A stretch of 64,000 bases of DNA. Origin: Eledone cirrhosa (lineage: Eukaryota). Location: positions 180,792,001-180,856,000 of the forward strand of contig OZ024740.1 in assembly GCA_964016885.1 (NCBI GenBank), in the 5' to 3' direction. Below, piece after piece: positions 12,433 to 26,237 of the stretch. Within the stretch, counting starts at the first letter, position 1, and each line of letters opens with the position of its first letter. The notes beneath the pieces were generated by a model. The model saw only the letters and a program-made list of their open reading frames with translations, was not told the origin of the DNA and did no database searches. The position numbers were made by a program, and so were the translations under genes.

Positions 12433-12575
12433 AGCATAGTTACGTCACTTTACGATCTGAGTTCAAATCCCGCCGAGGTCAACGTTGCCTTTCATCCTTA
12501 CGGGATCGATAAAATAATATACCTGTAATGCGCCGGTTAATTGATGGCCTTGTGCCTAACGTAGAAACAATTATT
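12433..12575 (+). mobile_element. SINE family 1
   Basis: GAGTTCAAATCCCGCCGAGGTCAACGTTGCCTTTCATCC. Confidence 0.85.
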
Positions 12576-15500
12576 TATTCTGAATCATATTTTAGTTAAC
12601 GCATCTGACTAAAAGATAATAGAAATAATAGGAAAGAAATAATAATTTGTCAATATGAAATAGATAATATGAGATCCTAAATGCTGCGAAGATAAATGAA
12701 GCTACAGAGAAGAAGTTATCAAAACCCATGGTCAATGGCTTTCTATCAGAAATCATGCTATAATTGTGTAATCAAATCTTACTGAATGCAACTATTCATA
12801 GTAAGCAATTAATATAATACGTGTGATTGTTGCACACTAGATAATTATGATTGTTTTTTTCTTTTCAATTTCTAAATACAGTGAATTTGGTTTTTAATAA
12901 ATCATCGCAAAAATCAAAGATCGCAATAATACTGTCTGCTTGTAGTTATAATTACTTCCGTATATTCTATAATGTAGCATTGCTATAATGTGGCCATACA
13001 ATTTATACACACACGAAATGAATTTTCCCATTTGACAGCATACTGTCATTCTGGAAAAAGGACACTTAATACTAGTGGAAAATTATCAAATAGATTTTAA
13101 ACACTGAAAAATAAAGACATAAAATAATTACTGTAAATTTGAAATATTTATTATGATGACAGTTTTATACACTTTTTACCGTCTCATTTCAAATTTTATG
13201 GTTGCCACAAAATAATACATCCATTTAAGTAAAATCATAATTTGTTTAAATATATATAAATTTAGTTTTCAAATCAAGTATAAAAAATATATAAATACAA
13301 TCACTACTCAACACGCGTAAACACGACTATAATATATATTTATATATATACATATAATATATATATATATTTATATATATATATATATATATATACATAT
13401 ATATATGGTGGTGTGCTTGTGTGTGATTTTTTGGCTTATGAGGACGTATGTATGTATATATAGCACACACATCATATTGATTTCATTTCATTCTTATGTA
13501 TTGTTAAACCAAACAATTTATGAACTTCAAGAAAATATGTTATTCCAATAAATATATGCCGAAGCTCGGTGCATTTATCTAGGAAATATTTCTGATGCAC
13601 ACCGTTTCATTTTAATTGCTTTCAGATATAAAAAGGAAAAAAAATTCAGCAGACTTTGAAAGATTGACAATTTATTAACCTTGTCATTAGGGAAGAAAAT
13701 GTCGTCTTTGTGATGTCAGGAAATGAAATAGAACATTCGGAATAGAATTCAACAACAATAACAACAATAAAAAAAAAACAGAACTAAAGCAACATCAATA
13801 TTGACAATGACAGCAATAATATAAATAAATACCAATATCAACGTATTGACTATGCTGCATTTTGCAACTGACAAGTATGAATAATTTCTGCTGCTAAAAG
13901 TCATATATTTAAATCGGAAGTTGTTGATATAATGTTGATGATTATTTACGCAATAAGAAACACAAAAAAATAACGTTTTCGGTATGAAAACAAATACTTT
14001 TTCACTCTTTCGCTCAGTGAACATGTCACAGATATCAAAGTAGCTGTTTCAAGATACGTTAATCTCTCATCGGTGACATAAACGCAACCGGTATCGAGAG
14101 GAAACTAGTTATATTTGGCAGTAGCTCTAAGATAGTGTTAAGCATATTAGTGATGTATATAATAACATATATTATATGTTTATAATCAATAAATATATCG
14201 TTATATACGATAAATATATCATTATGAAAAAACAGGTCAAATATTATAATAAACAAAACTTTTATTCGTGTAAATTTGTGTAAATTAAACGAAACAGATT
14301 CTACGAAATACCAATCATACTCCATTATGTTACTCCTGGTGTTGTATTCTGTATTGATTTTAGATTACGTACACACAAAGTGAGGGATTTTTATGTTCTT
14401 GTACACAACAATATCATGGCAATTAATTTATAGCCATTCGGCAGCTGAAAATGCTTTACGAACTGGATTAAACACACTTAACCTCAAATGGAGATAGGAC
14501 TAAATAATATAATCTGATTCTCATGTGTCGCAATACTATCCACGGTATATCTAGTGGTGGGCAATGGTAGAAACGTCAGTAAAATTCCAAAGAGTAAAGA
14601 GAATATAAATACGTTATATATGAGCGCCTGTCTGTTTATTATTTGTTATTTATATCAATCCAATCACTCGCCTACTAAATATCCTTATCATTTTCTATTA
14701 AAAACCCCGTTAGTAATATCATATGAATGTTATATTCATTCATTATTGCTTAAATTTCAACACACACTTCAGCTATATTTTTAAACACATTTCATTTACA
14801 GCTTAATATGCACATTATGTTTGTTGTTCAATATAATATGAGAATACGAAACAGGTTCACTACAACGGCATCATACAATTACTCATCGTATTTTCTCGTT
14901 ATTCATACATATCTCTATTTTGCTTTTGATTTTCCTCTGTTCCATATCTCATTTTGCCTTCTTTATTATTCAGATTACGATATAACTCAACATTATCATT
15001 AGCACATCCGACGATATCTTCCTGAGTTTATTTGACGCTCATTACACTTGGCAGCAATTGATATCTATAACTTCAGATATAGTATATTTTCTACAACAGT
15101 TGATATATGAGAGATATATATGATACATGCAAGGATACGTTATAGTTGGTTGACACCACATGATAGTCAGTATTACGAATAGATTCATTATGAGACCGAG
15201 ACAATATTTACCTTTACATGAAGCTGCTACTTTTAATTCTGATGACTCTTCCAAGAATCATCAACATATAAAGTGACATTATATGTATGATAAATTGTTT
15301 GCTTGAGAGACTGGCACATTTTGACCTCGTGAAGATTTGCCGTCCAATACAATAGAAACATTTAAACAGCACGCGAATCACATGCAATTAACAAACACAA
15401 AATACCATAAAAATCACAGAAAAGGACTACACACAAACTTAAAAAAGGATCCACCACAAACACAACACCAATAGTTAAAAGGTATGATCACACTAATTGG

Positions 15501-15920
15501 GGTACTGGCATTAAACTCGTTGAAGACACTGTATAAATATAAATTGGGACAAATATTTTTTGTAAGAAAACAATTACACATGTTCAACAAAAATGTTAAT
15601 ATATGCCATTAGATATAAAGTGTGTAAAGAAAATGATATAGGACAAACCAAACTCACCGTCAATGGGTGGAAGACAATTCACCACCAACAATTACGAAAC
15701 CTCACCAGAATATAGATATTATTTAGTTGACAATTAGATACGCGTGCAACGAATAAGTTCCCCAAATTCAAGGTTTCACCTTACACATTAGTCCAGATAA
15801 TGCCACCGATCAACACGCACATACGCAAACATGCACATATAATCACGTACAATTCATGTTCAGTTTGCTCATTGGTTCATTATTATTTTTTTTTTCATTA
15901 TGATGGTGATGTTAGTGGTC

Positions 15921-16107
15921 ATAATTGTTTCTACTTTTGGCACAAGACCAGCAAGTATCGCAGTGCATTACTGGTACATTATTTTATCGACCCCATAAGG
16001 ATGAAAGGCAAAGCTAACCTCGATTTGAACTCCGATCCAAAAGGGCCGTAACACCATGCTGCAAAGCACGGCGCCCGACACTCTAACCATACTACCAATC
16101 CACCGCC
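15921..16107 (-). mobile_element. SINE family 1
   Basis: Similar to 5035-5221. Confidence 0.85.
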
Positions 16108-16729
16108 CATCAATGGTAATAATAATGATTATTATTATTACAGTTTTTGTTAATGTTATATTTATTCAGACGAAGAAGGGAGCAAAGAAAAACTACTGAA
16201 ACACACACAAACACACACATACACTCACACACACATTCACACACAAACACACAATCATACAAATACATAAACAATTTTCTGTACTTTTGAATTTTGGGTA
16301 TTGCCACGAAGACAATATCAACTGCCTTGAATATTGAATACAACCGGCATGAAGTGCTACGCTTGAAAGTACCACGAAACCCAGTGCCAAATCAGGTGAT
16401 GACTAGTTGAGTCATTTTACGGCAAAATACAGAAGGGTACATGGTGCTCCCGATATTTGGCACGAAATCACCTAAATCTCTATGCCTAACAGTTTCATCT
16501 TCCCCAACCTATCAAATTGTACGTTAAACATACAGCAATCTGAGCCACATATATTTTGCATAAAACTAAAAGAAATTCTCAATATCCGTTAAATGTGTGT
16601 TACAGGTCGACACAGCAAAACCTTTTCGTAATTCCCTTGTATTTTGAAAACCATGAAACATCTGAAACCGGTAAAGTTATATGTTATTGTAACTAAACTT
16701 TCTTAAAGAGTCCAATTGCATTCTCAACT

Positions 16730-16842
<113 letters not shown>

Positions 16843-16853
16843 TTAATATAGAT

Positions 16854-16905
16854 GAGATTCTACAGGACTAGAACTGTTTCATTCTTTAGAAATCATCAGG
16901 AATCT
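16854..16905 (-). ncRNA. Minimal type I hammerhead ribozyme
   Basis: The reverse complement reads AGATTC-CTGATGA-tttctaaagaat-GAAA-CAG-ttctagtc-CTG-TA-GAATCT. Confidence 0.85.
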
Positions 16906-17610
16906 GGGTATCATAAAATAAATATGGTATTTATAGGTCTCTACAAGTGGTAGGAGAGGGTGGGGAGTGGGATGGGTGTAGGTCATTGGTTGATAGAAAA
17001 GGGCATTCATTAAAAGCTAATTCTACAAAGCTATAGTTTATTTTTATTAATTTTTGTTTTTAGAGTAACAAAGGCAGACAGAATTCTATAAACAGGTTCC
17101 GGATGGCAAACCATTCCTTGTCATTAAGTTTCTCTTAAGCTAACAGATGTCTATAAGATCAGTGGGGGGTCAGTCATGGTAGATAGAATTAAAGAAAAGG
17201 GAGATTCTTTAAAAGCTAAATTCATTAAGGTTCTACTAAGTGACAAAAGTTTAGAGAATTCTGTAGACAGATTCAAAATACTGAGTGCATATCTTACAAT
17301 TATCTTCGAAGTTCTCTTAAACTAATCAACTATATGCCAAAAATCAACGGACACGTTCACAAAAAAACACTCACTCACACACTCGCGTGCAACCATAAAC
17401 ACACATACACATACACATATACACACATAAAAACACACACACATATATAAATATATCTATATATACACATATACACACACACATATATATACACTCACAC
17501 ACATACAAACATACATACACACAAATATACATGTGTATACATATACATATATATACACACATACATATATATATATACATATATATAAGGAAAAAGCACC
17601 ATACATACAC

Positions 17611-17645
<35 letters not shown>

Positions 17646-17690
17646 TACACACACATACATACATATATACACAAATACATACACATATAT

Positions 17691-17747
<57 letters not shown>

Positions 17748-17947
17748 TATACACATATATACATATATATATATATATACACAAATATACATATACACAC
17801 ATACACACACACACAACACATACACACATATATACAAATACACACACACACACATACATACACACATACACACACACATACATACATACATATACAAATA
17901 TATATACATATATACATATACATACACATATATATATATATATATAT

Positions 17948-18555
17948 GGTGGCTGCCAACTCGTTTTCGAGTACGGCCACTACTTTATATCCATGTAGGA
18001 GAACCCCTACTGATGCGCTGAACGAGTGTGACTTTTTAGTCCAGCCAGCGACTTGAAAACTCTGGTACAAACACTACACTTGTGACAATTATTGACACAT
18101 AGTGCTTTACCTTTGGTACCATGTGACGACAAGTGCAGAGAGATCTCCAGATACAAAGCAATGCCTGTGCCATGAAGCTTTTATAGTGAGCAAAGGCACT
18201 GCACAAAGCCAGTCCCACTCTCTTAACCAAGATGATATTTACTAAAAAGAAGAACAAGTCAACATCATTGGATACCATCAGGGTTGCAGGTGTTATATCA
18301 GAGTATTCCTTCTCCTAGAATTCTGCCTTGACAAAGGCTAAGGGGTCATCTCTCCCAGTGATTTTGGATGGCCATTGACTCTTAAGAGCTCCTTTGCCCT
18401 TTGACAGGTTTTGTTTTTAGTCCTGCAGGATGTCCAAAGTCACCCTCCTCACCAAGAAACCTTGGTGGGGTTGACAGTTTAGTCGCCAACGACCCGACCA
18501 TGAGACAGGTTGTACTGGGATACATGTTACCAGTAGCACCAAGTGGTGACCTGAC
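17948..18555 (-). mobile_element. Probable RTE-clade 5' UTR fragment nested in the PLE microsatellite region
   Basis: A non-repetitive island between (TA)n tracts. The minus-strand CTAGGAGAAGGAATACTCTGAT resembles an RTE 5'-region motif as I recall it. Confidence 0.45.
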
Positions 18556-18855
18556 ATATATATATATACATACACATACACATATATGCATACATATACA
18601 CACACATATATACACACACACACATATATACACATACATACACACAGACACACACAAATACACATGCATATATATAAATATATATATATATATATAAATA
18701 TATACACATATATACACATACATACACAGACATATACATAAATATATACATATATACAAACATATATACGCATATATACACACATATATACATATATATA
18801 AACGCATACAGACACACACACACAAATATATATACACACACTCTCTCTCACGCAC

Positions 18856-18887
<32 letters not shown>

Positions 18888-18929
18888 CTGCACACACACA
18901 CAAATATATATACACACACACACACACAT

Positions 18930-18988
<59 letters not shown>

Positions 18989-19035
18989 CATATACATATA
19001 TACATACATACACATACACATACATACACACATAT

Positions 19036-19082
<47 letters not shown>

Positions 19083-19384
19083 TATACATATATACATATA
19101 TATATACATACATAAATATACACACATAAAACACATATACACACATACGTATATATATATACATACACATACATATACACACATACACACAAATATATAC
19201 ACATACAAATAAATAAGTACTCAATAAATATACGCATATACGCAGGCACATAAAAATACCTCTACAGCCAGAAAATGTAGATAGGAAAGAGGTACTCACA
19301 TAACCATAGTGGCCGTATTTCAGGTTGAGGAGGGGTGGGGTAGGGTGGGAAGGAGGTATAGGGGCCAATAGGGGGAGGTCGTTT

Positions 19385-19640
19385 TTAGCCATCGGGCTTT
19401 AACACTGGCTTAAAGTGTTTGAAAGTTGCAAAGTTCTTGTGCATGCAGTTCGGGCAGTGTTCAGAGAGTTTGTTCAGTAGCGGACCCTTGGCGAATAAAA
19501 TTTCGTAGCTCTCTGAAATACAAAGGTCGCAGCCCTTGTGTCCTCCGTTGTAAGAGCGCGCTCTCTGGAGTATTTTACATTTAAGCGTGAAGGGGGTGGA
19601 ATTCCTTTTGAGGTCCCAAACGTAGGAGGCGAGTGTTGTA
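19385..19640 (-). pseudogene. PLE GIY-YIG endonuclease C-terminal fragment
   Basis: TTLASYVWDLKRN...LQRARSYNGGHKGCDLCISESYEILFAKGPLLNKLSEHCPNCMHKN is highly similar to the end of the 55527-57662 ORF. Confidence 0.9.
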
Positions 19641-19665
19641 TTATATATATGTATTATATATTGTG

Positions 19666-19715
<50 letters not shown>

Positions 19716-20438
19716 ATATATATATATGTATGTGTGTATATATATGTATATGTATACACATGTATATTTGTGTGTATGTATGTATGTGTGTGAGTGTATA
19801 TATATGTGTATATACGTGTGTGTGTGTATATATATGTATGTGTGTGTGTATATATATATATATGTGTGTGTATATATATATATATATATGTGTGTGTATA
19901 TGTGTATATATAGATATATTTATATATGTGTATGTGTATGTGTGTTTATGGTTGCGCGCGAGTGTGTGAGTGAGTGTTTTTTTGTGAATGTGTCTGTTGA
20001 TTTTTGGCATATAGTTGATTAGTTTAAGAGAAGTTCGAAGATAATTGTAAGATATGCACTCAGTATTTTGAATCTGTCTACAGAATTCTCTAAACCTTTG
20101 TCACTTAGTAGAACCTTAATGAATTTAGCTTTTAAAGAATCTCCCTTTCCTTTAATTCTATCTACCATGACTGACCCCCCACTGATCTTATAGACATCTG
20201 TTAGCTTAAGAGAAACTTAATGACAAGGAATAGTATGCCACCCGGAACCTGTTTATAGAATTCTGTCTGCCTTTGTTACTCTAAAAACAAAAATTAATAA
20301 AAATAAACTATAGCTTTGTAGAATTAACTTTTAATGAATGCCCTTTTCTATCAACCAATGACCTACACCCATCCCACTCCCCACCCTCTCCTACCACTTG
20401 TAGAGACCTATAAATACCATATTTATTTTTTGATACTC

Positions 20439-20489
20439 AGATTCCTGATGATTTCTAAAGAATGAAACAGTTCTAGTCCTGTAGAATCT
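20439..20489 (+). ncRNA. Minimal type I hammerhead ribozyme (mirror copy)
   Basis: AGATTC-CTGATGA-tttctaaagaat-GAAA-CAG-ttctagtc-CTG-TA-GAATCT. Confidence 0.85.
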
Positions 20490-20571
20490 CATCTATATTA
20501 AAACTTTTATACTCTGCAATGTATTGAGTACTTTACTTACTGTGGTTACCTCCGATTCAACCCGGAATAAC

Positions 20572-20631
<60 letters not shown>

Positions 20632-20660
20632 CGTTTGTGTGTGTATATATATATATATAA

Positions 20661-21115
20661 GTTGGGAATGCAATTGTAGTACCAACAGCGATATATGCCT
20701 GTGAGACATGGAAGAGTACGGAAAGTGTATGTAACAAGCTTGATGTATTCCATCGTCGTTGCATTCGGACCATATTGAACATTTCATGGAGAGACCAACT
20801 TAGTAACGAGGAAGTGATGAGGAGGTCAGGATTGGAGAGGATTGTCTGGAAAAGGAGACGGCGGTTCGCAGGCCACATCCTTCGTTTGCCGGCAGATCGA
20901 CTTGCTCATATTGCCATGGATTGGGTACCAAGAGTTGACAGGAGAGAACGGGGAAGACCACGAAAAACATGGCGGAGAACATTCAGGGAGGCCCTGTGAG
21001 AGAGGAGAATTACCTGGAGAGGTGGCAGAAGGGCCGCCAGTGACAGGATGAAGTGAAGAAAGCTCGTCGCCCAATGTTCCACAAGGGACTGGAGGAACTA
21101 AGACTAAGACTAAGA
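20661..21115 (+). mobile_element. RTE-clade LINE 3' end with (CTAAGA)n tail
   Basis: NAIVVPTAIYACETW...FHRRCIRTILNISWRDQLSNEEV...FAGHILR...RGRPRKTW is a typical RTE C-terminus, followed by a short tandem-repeat tail. Confidence 0.9.
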
Positions 21116-21204
<89 letters not shown>

Positions 21205-21205
<1 letters not shown>

Positions 21206-21401
21206 AAGAGGGTGCGGTAAGATACCAGATGGACCGTAACGCAATACATAGGGTAGTAGAGTGGGTAATACTGGTGGCTTAGTTCGGATCTAGCTGTCGA
21301 AACCGCCGGAGCTCAGCCGTCGGGGTCCTGACAAGGAAAAGAGACTTGAGCCCGACAGCTGGTCTCTGGCCGTTTGGACAGCTGGATCCGAACTAAGCCA
21401 T
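21205..21401. other. Small repeat with a ~128-nt near-perfect hairpin (21274-21401)
   Basis: TGGCTTAGTTCGGATCTAGCTGTCGAAAC pairs with GTTTGGACAGCTGGATCCGAACTAAGCCA. The inner stem is CAGCCGTCGGG/CCCGACAGCTG. Confidence 0.8.
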
Positions 21402-22249
21402 AGGTATATTAGAGAGTAAATTTGAATATATTTTATGTATACTCACATGAGGCCAGAAACGCGCCATGTAGTGACATAAAGAGATCTATTACACCTCTGT
21501 ACATTTCAGAAATGGTTTATACATCCGGCAACGGGAAGCATAGTTGATATTATATGTTTCCTACTCAGAATGTAAAACCATATTGATAAATGATAAAGTT
21601 CAAATTCTAAAGTAGCCTATTTTAGCTGCAATTATGTGAACAAAAAACAAAACTCGAAATTTGTCTAAACGTTTCCAAACTGGCATAATTTCATTTTGCC
21701 ATTTTTTTTATATATTCACATATATAACACAGTTTAGGTATATATGACATAACGAAATATGTGAAAGAATAAATATTATTATGATATGATCTAATATTGG
21801 AATGTGTAGTAATCCATCAAATACAGAAGTTATATAAAGTAAATCATTTTGTATTATGCTAATCAAAGTAACATAATAGTCTACAGAGCTTATGATTGTT
21901 AACATATCAAAAACAATTTCATGCTATTAGGTTGTTGTAATACAATTTTATGTTAAATGCATGTTTGGGTATGCAAATCAAATGATTGTTTTTGACATAG
22001 TATTCGCCATGAGTAAATAATTTAAAGAAATTAAATTACTGGTTGTTTTAGTTAGAAATATATTTTAATAAACTTTAGTTTGAATGCAAACAAACGCACA
22101 TACACATACACATATATACAGAGTTAAATATTCTCATGCCAGAAGATACATTTACTACACAGACACACACATACACGGGAACACACACACATACACACGC
22201 ACAAGCGCACACATATTAAATACAAAGCACGCGCATGTACACACAAAAT

Positions 22250-22576
<327 letters not shown>

Positions 22577-22612
22577 ACAAGAATAGTAGGTAATAATAAC
22601 AACAACAACAAC

Positions 22613-22659
<47 letters not shown>

Positions 22660-22937
22660 TGATTTCATTTATTGGCCACAAGGGCCAACATATAGGAGAC
22701 AATACAAAAGACAGGGACAGTGGGGTTTTACAGAAAAATCGAGTAAACAATATGAATAACAACAAAGTAACAATAACAAAGTAACAATAAACTAACAATA
22801 AAATGACAACAAGAAAAAATTCCCCAATAGGGGGGATGACCACCTAGGGTTCGATCAGGTACCCCACCAGTCCTGAACGACCCGACGCTTCGAGAGCACC
22901 CTGGAAGGACACCCCTCTTCTCTTCAAATGTACCTAC

Positions 22938-25900
22938 CTACAGCCGCATGACCAGAGTAGGCCCACTCACATCGGCAATTCTCGCCACATTCACCCACCT
23001 TTCAGTAAATGTACTGGGGGGCAGCACTTCTCTCTCCACCCTCACCTTCCTTTCTAAGTGAAACTTGAAACAGTTGATGAGGGATTGGCCGAAGAGAAAA
23101 GTGTCTGTCTTCAGTCATTTCAACCTCTTCTACCATACAACCTCTTTCGCTACTGCCACCAGACAGAGGAAGATTGCCTGCCCTTCTTGGTCAAAAGTAG
23201 GCGGCGGGTCGATCTTCAGTATGGACTCGGCCGATAGCCGGATCCGTTCTACACGCGACAACAGCTGTTCAATATAACTCTAAAAGTCAGTAATGCACGG
23301 ACACTGGACGAGTGCGTGCAGAACGTTTTCGTCGCTCTGCGCGCATCTCGGGCAGGTCCGTCTGACAGCACTTCCGTGCCTGTAGAGTTTATCTCGAACC
23401 GGCAGTACCCCCTAATTGTCCTGTCAAGCGAGGGATTTTTGAAAATTATCCATCGTCCCCGGCTCAAAAGTCCTCCAGTCAAAAGTCCTCCAGTCACCCA
23501 GTCTCGGTCTCTTCTTGACCCAGGACTGCAACTCAGTCAAAGAAACGAGCCTCAGAAAGGCCCGTCTGATAAACGGCGACCACACCTGTTCACCGTTTTG
23601 GCAGAATATCTGGAGATGGCGCAGCCTCAGCGCGTGCCTGCGCATCATTAGCCACGGCATGCCCAGCCCTCCACGTAGAGGGTGCTGGCAGCAGAAGGAC
23701 CGCCTCACCAGCGGAACCTGACCCCTCTACAAGAATTTGAAGGGGAGCCGCTCCAAGATGGCGAGGTGCGAACGGGGGGAAGGGACGACAGTCAGACGGT
23801 AGTAGATGACGGAGGCGATGCACGCGTTCGCCACCTCCGCCCGACCTTTCAGTGATAGCTTCATCCCAGCCCATTTCTGGGTGAGACTGACTACCCTGCC
23901 CGTCACATCGTCCGAATACTTACCACCTGGAGGTCTGGCCCGAAACAAATCCCTAGCAACTTTACTAGTCCGTCCGTCCAGTGTCTAACGACGCTGTTGG
24001 ACGGCATGGACTTGCCTCTCCATGTGCCGAGTTGCAAGCCCACTGACTTTTCCGGGTTAAGTTTTGCTCCCGTCAATCTTTCATATTCCTCCAATTAGTT
24101 GACGACCACCTCGATTTCTGAGGTGTCCCACACCATCAAGGTGATGTCCTCCGCATAAGCCAACACAGCCTTTCCGCGTCCCGGTTCGAGCGGGATCCCC
24201 TGCAACAGCTCCAGCTTCCGCAGTAAAGGCTCGAGAGTCAATACGTACAGAAGGGAGGAGAGAGGGCACCCTTGACGGACCGATCGGGAGACCTGAAACG
24301 GTTCCGAGAGATGGCCATTAATTTTGACCATCGAGCTGGTGCCGCTGTGCATTGCAGCGATCCAGCTTCTGAAGACGGGGCCGAAGCCAGCCGCCTTGAG
24401 GACAGCCTCCGGGTACCGATGGTCGACCCTATCGAATGCTTTCGATTGATCTAAATTGATCAGAGCCCCACCGAAGCCAGGTTCACACCCAACCCTCTCT
24501 ATGATGTATCGCATTAGGTGGAGGTTGTCGTGTATGGACGTGGTTGGGATTGCGCAAGTTTGCGCCTCCTCAACCAAATCCCCGACGACAAGCGCCAACC
24601 TCTTTGCTAACACCCTGGCCAAAATCTTAAACTCTGTGTTGAGTAGAGTTATGGGCCTTAAATTGTCTAATGTGTCCCTCTTGTTCTCGTCTTTCCTTAT
24701 CAGCGTCACTACGCCCCGGCTCACAGAACTGGGATACTCCCGTGTTGCTCCCAGTTGCAGTAGAGGGCTTCGAGGAGATTGGAGAACAAGTCTGGTATAT
24801 TTACGTAAATCTCGTAGGGCAGACCATCCAAACCGGGTGACTTGCGCCTCATGCAGCCGACAAGGGCATCCTGAAACTCGGCTGAAGTAATTGGCCTCTC
24901 GCAGCGCCCAGCGTCAGCCGTCGAGAGTTGCGGCAAGTCATCGAGGTAGGGACTGAAGTCCGCCACCATCTCCGACCCGCCACTTCCCCCGAACAACCGA
25001 GCAAAATGTTGGCGAAAGGCCTCACACATCCTCTTGGAATCGCTCAGCTCGTGCCCGTCTCGGTCCGTCAAAGACCGAATCGTGGTTTTATTACCACGCT
25101 GCGCTTCTGCCACGCGGGCACATCGAACAGCTTTGGTTCCTTCGTTTCTCAGAGCACGCGCCTTAGCTCTGAGAATGCAACCTTCGTGTTTTGCGTTGAA
25201 GAAATGGTCTAATGCCATTCTCGACGCTAGCACATCAGTAGCAATGCCACGACCAGTAGCCTCGTCTAACTTATCTACCGACTCCCCCTCCTTTCTATTT
25301 TTCTCTAATGCTACTTCTTTGCTAAACTCTATTGACATTACTCTAATCTCTCTTTTGAGAGACCCCACCATCTATTGTTGACGATTCCCCCTGTCAACTT
25401 TTTCTTAACTAAATTGTTGACCTGGTCCCTGTAAGTCTTACGTGCCGGAAATGACATGTTTAGCTTCCAGTAACCAGGTCCTAACCTACGCGTCTTATCT
25501 AGGTCGACCATACAGATCACAAACTTGTGATCTGAATAGGCGACCGTTTCAAAACGTGGACAGCTTACACTATTTCTGTCTATTTTCCTAATGAATATCC
25601 TGTCTATATGCGATCTAGATGACCCTATGCGTTTAGCCCAGGTCCACACTGGCGCATTAGGGAAATCTAGTCGGTACCTGTCAGACAGTTGGAACTGGCT
25701 GATCAGGTTCTTGAGGCTTTTGCACCACCCGCGCCTATCGGATACACCCACACAGTCCTAGCGTGCGTCTAAGATGCCGTTCTAGTCCCCCGCTAACAGT
25801 AAAGGGTGAAACGTACCCAAAAAGGCTTCCGGGCCTCTAAAGAAGTCCGGCCGTCCTGCCCCAGTAGGAGCATAGACGGCCACCAGTCTAAAGGCACCAC

Positions 25901-26206
25901 CTTCATTATTGTCCACGTCCAGGACCACCAACTTCCCGTCCGGGTCCAGGAAGATCGACCTTACCTCGAGATCCAGGCCTTTCCTAAACAGCACTGCCAC
26001 CCCGCCTTCCATTCCCGGCCGGCTAATAGATGCAAATATCTGATAGTCGTCGACAATGGGGGCTAGTGCGCGTGTGTCGGAAATCCTGGTCTCCTGACTG
26101 CAATTACATCCAATTCTATAGACCTGAAGACGTTGAGCAGGTGACCCTGCTTCCAGGACGATCCCAGGCCTTGAACATTTAAACATCCTACTCTTAATAC
26201 GGCCAT
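22938..26206 (-). pseudogene. Tx1 ORF2 of copy A (APE + RT)
   Basis: Motifs QET, VYAP, GD, SDH, WKLN, KSPGLDGLPYE, RPITLLN, DQSKAFDRVDH, VRQGCPLS, YAED and GGLG, frameshifted. Confidence 0.92.
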
Positions 26207-26237
26207 CTTGGCAGGTTAAACAGAGAGAGAGGAAGGT

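Noticed and set aside
15238-15264. CTGATGA hairpin
   Set aside because: No downstream GAAA or stem III; it is a simple short inverted repeat.
15200-15720. Possible minus-strand host exons (AAG|GTAAAT near 15210, ACG|GTGAGT near 15657)
   Set aside because: No convincing open frame, acceptor or recognisable protein. Cannot be supported without RNA-seq.
18440-18555. Twister or HDV-like ribozyme in the RTE-like 5' UTR
   Set aside because: TAA and GGAGGG words are present on the minus strand, but I could not build the required pseudoknots. A cmscan would be needed.
21274-21401. SECIS element or SRP RNA
   Set aside because: Lacks the AUGA/GA quartet with apical AA geometry and SRP helix motifs, and there is no UGA-containing ORF nearby.
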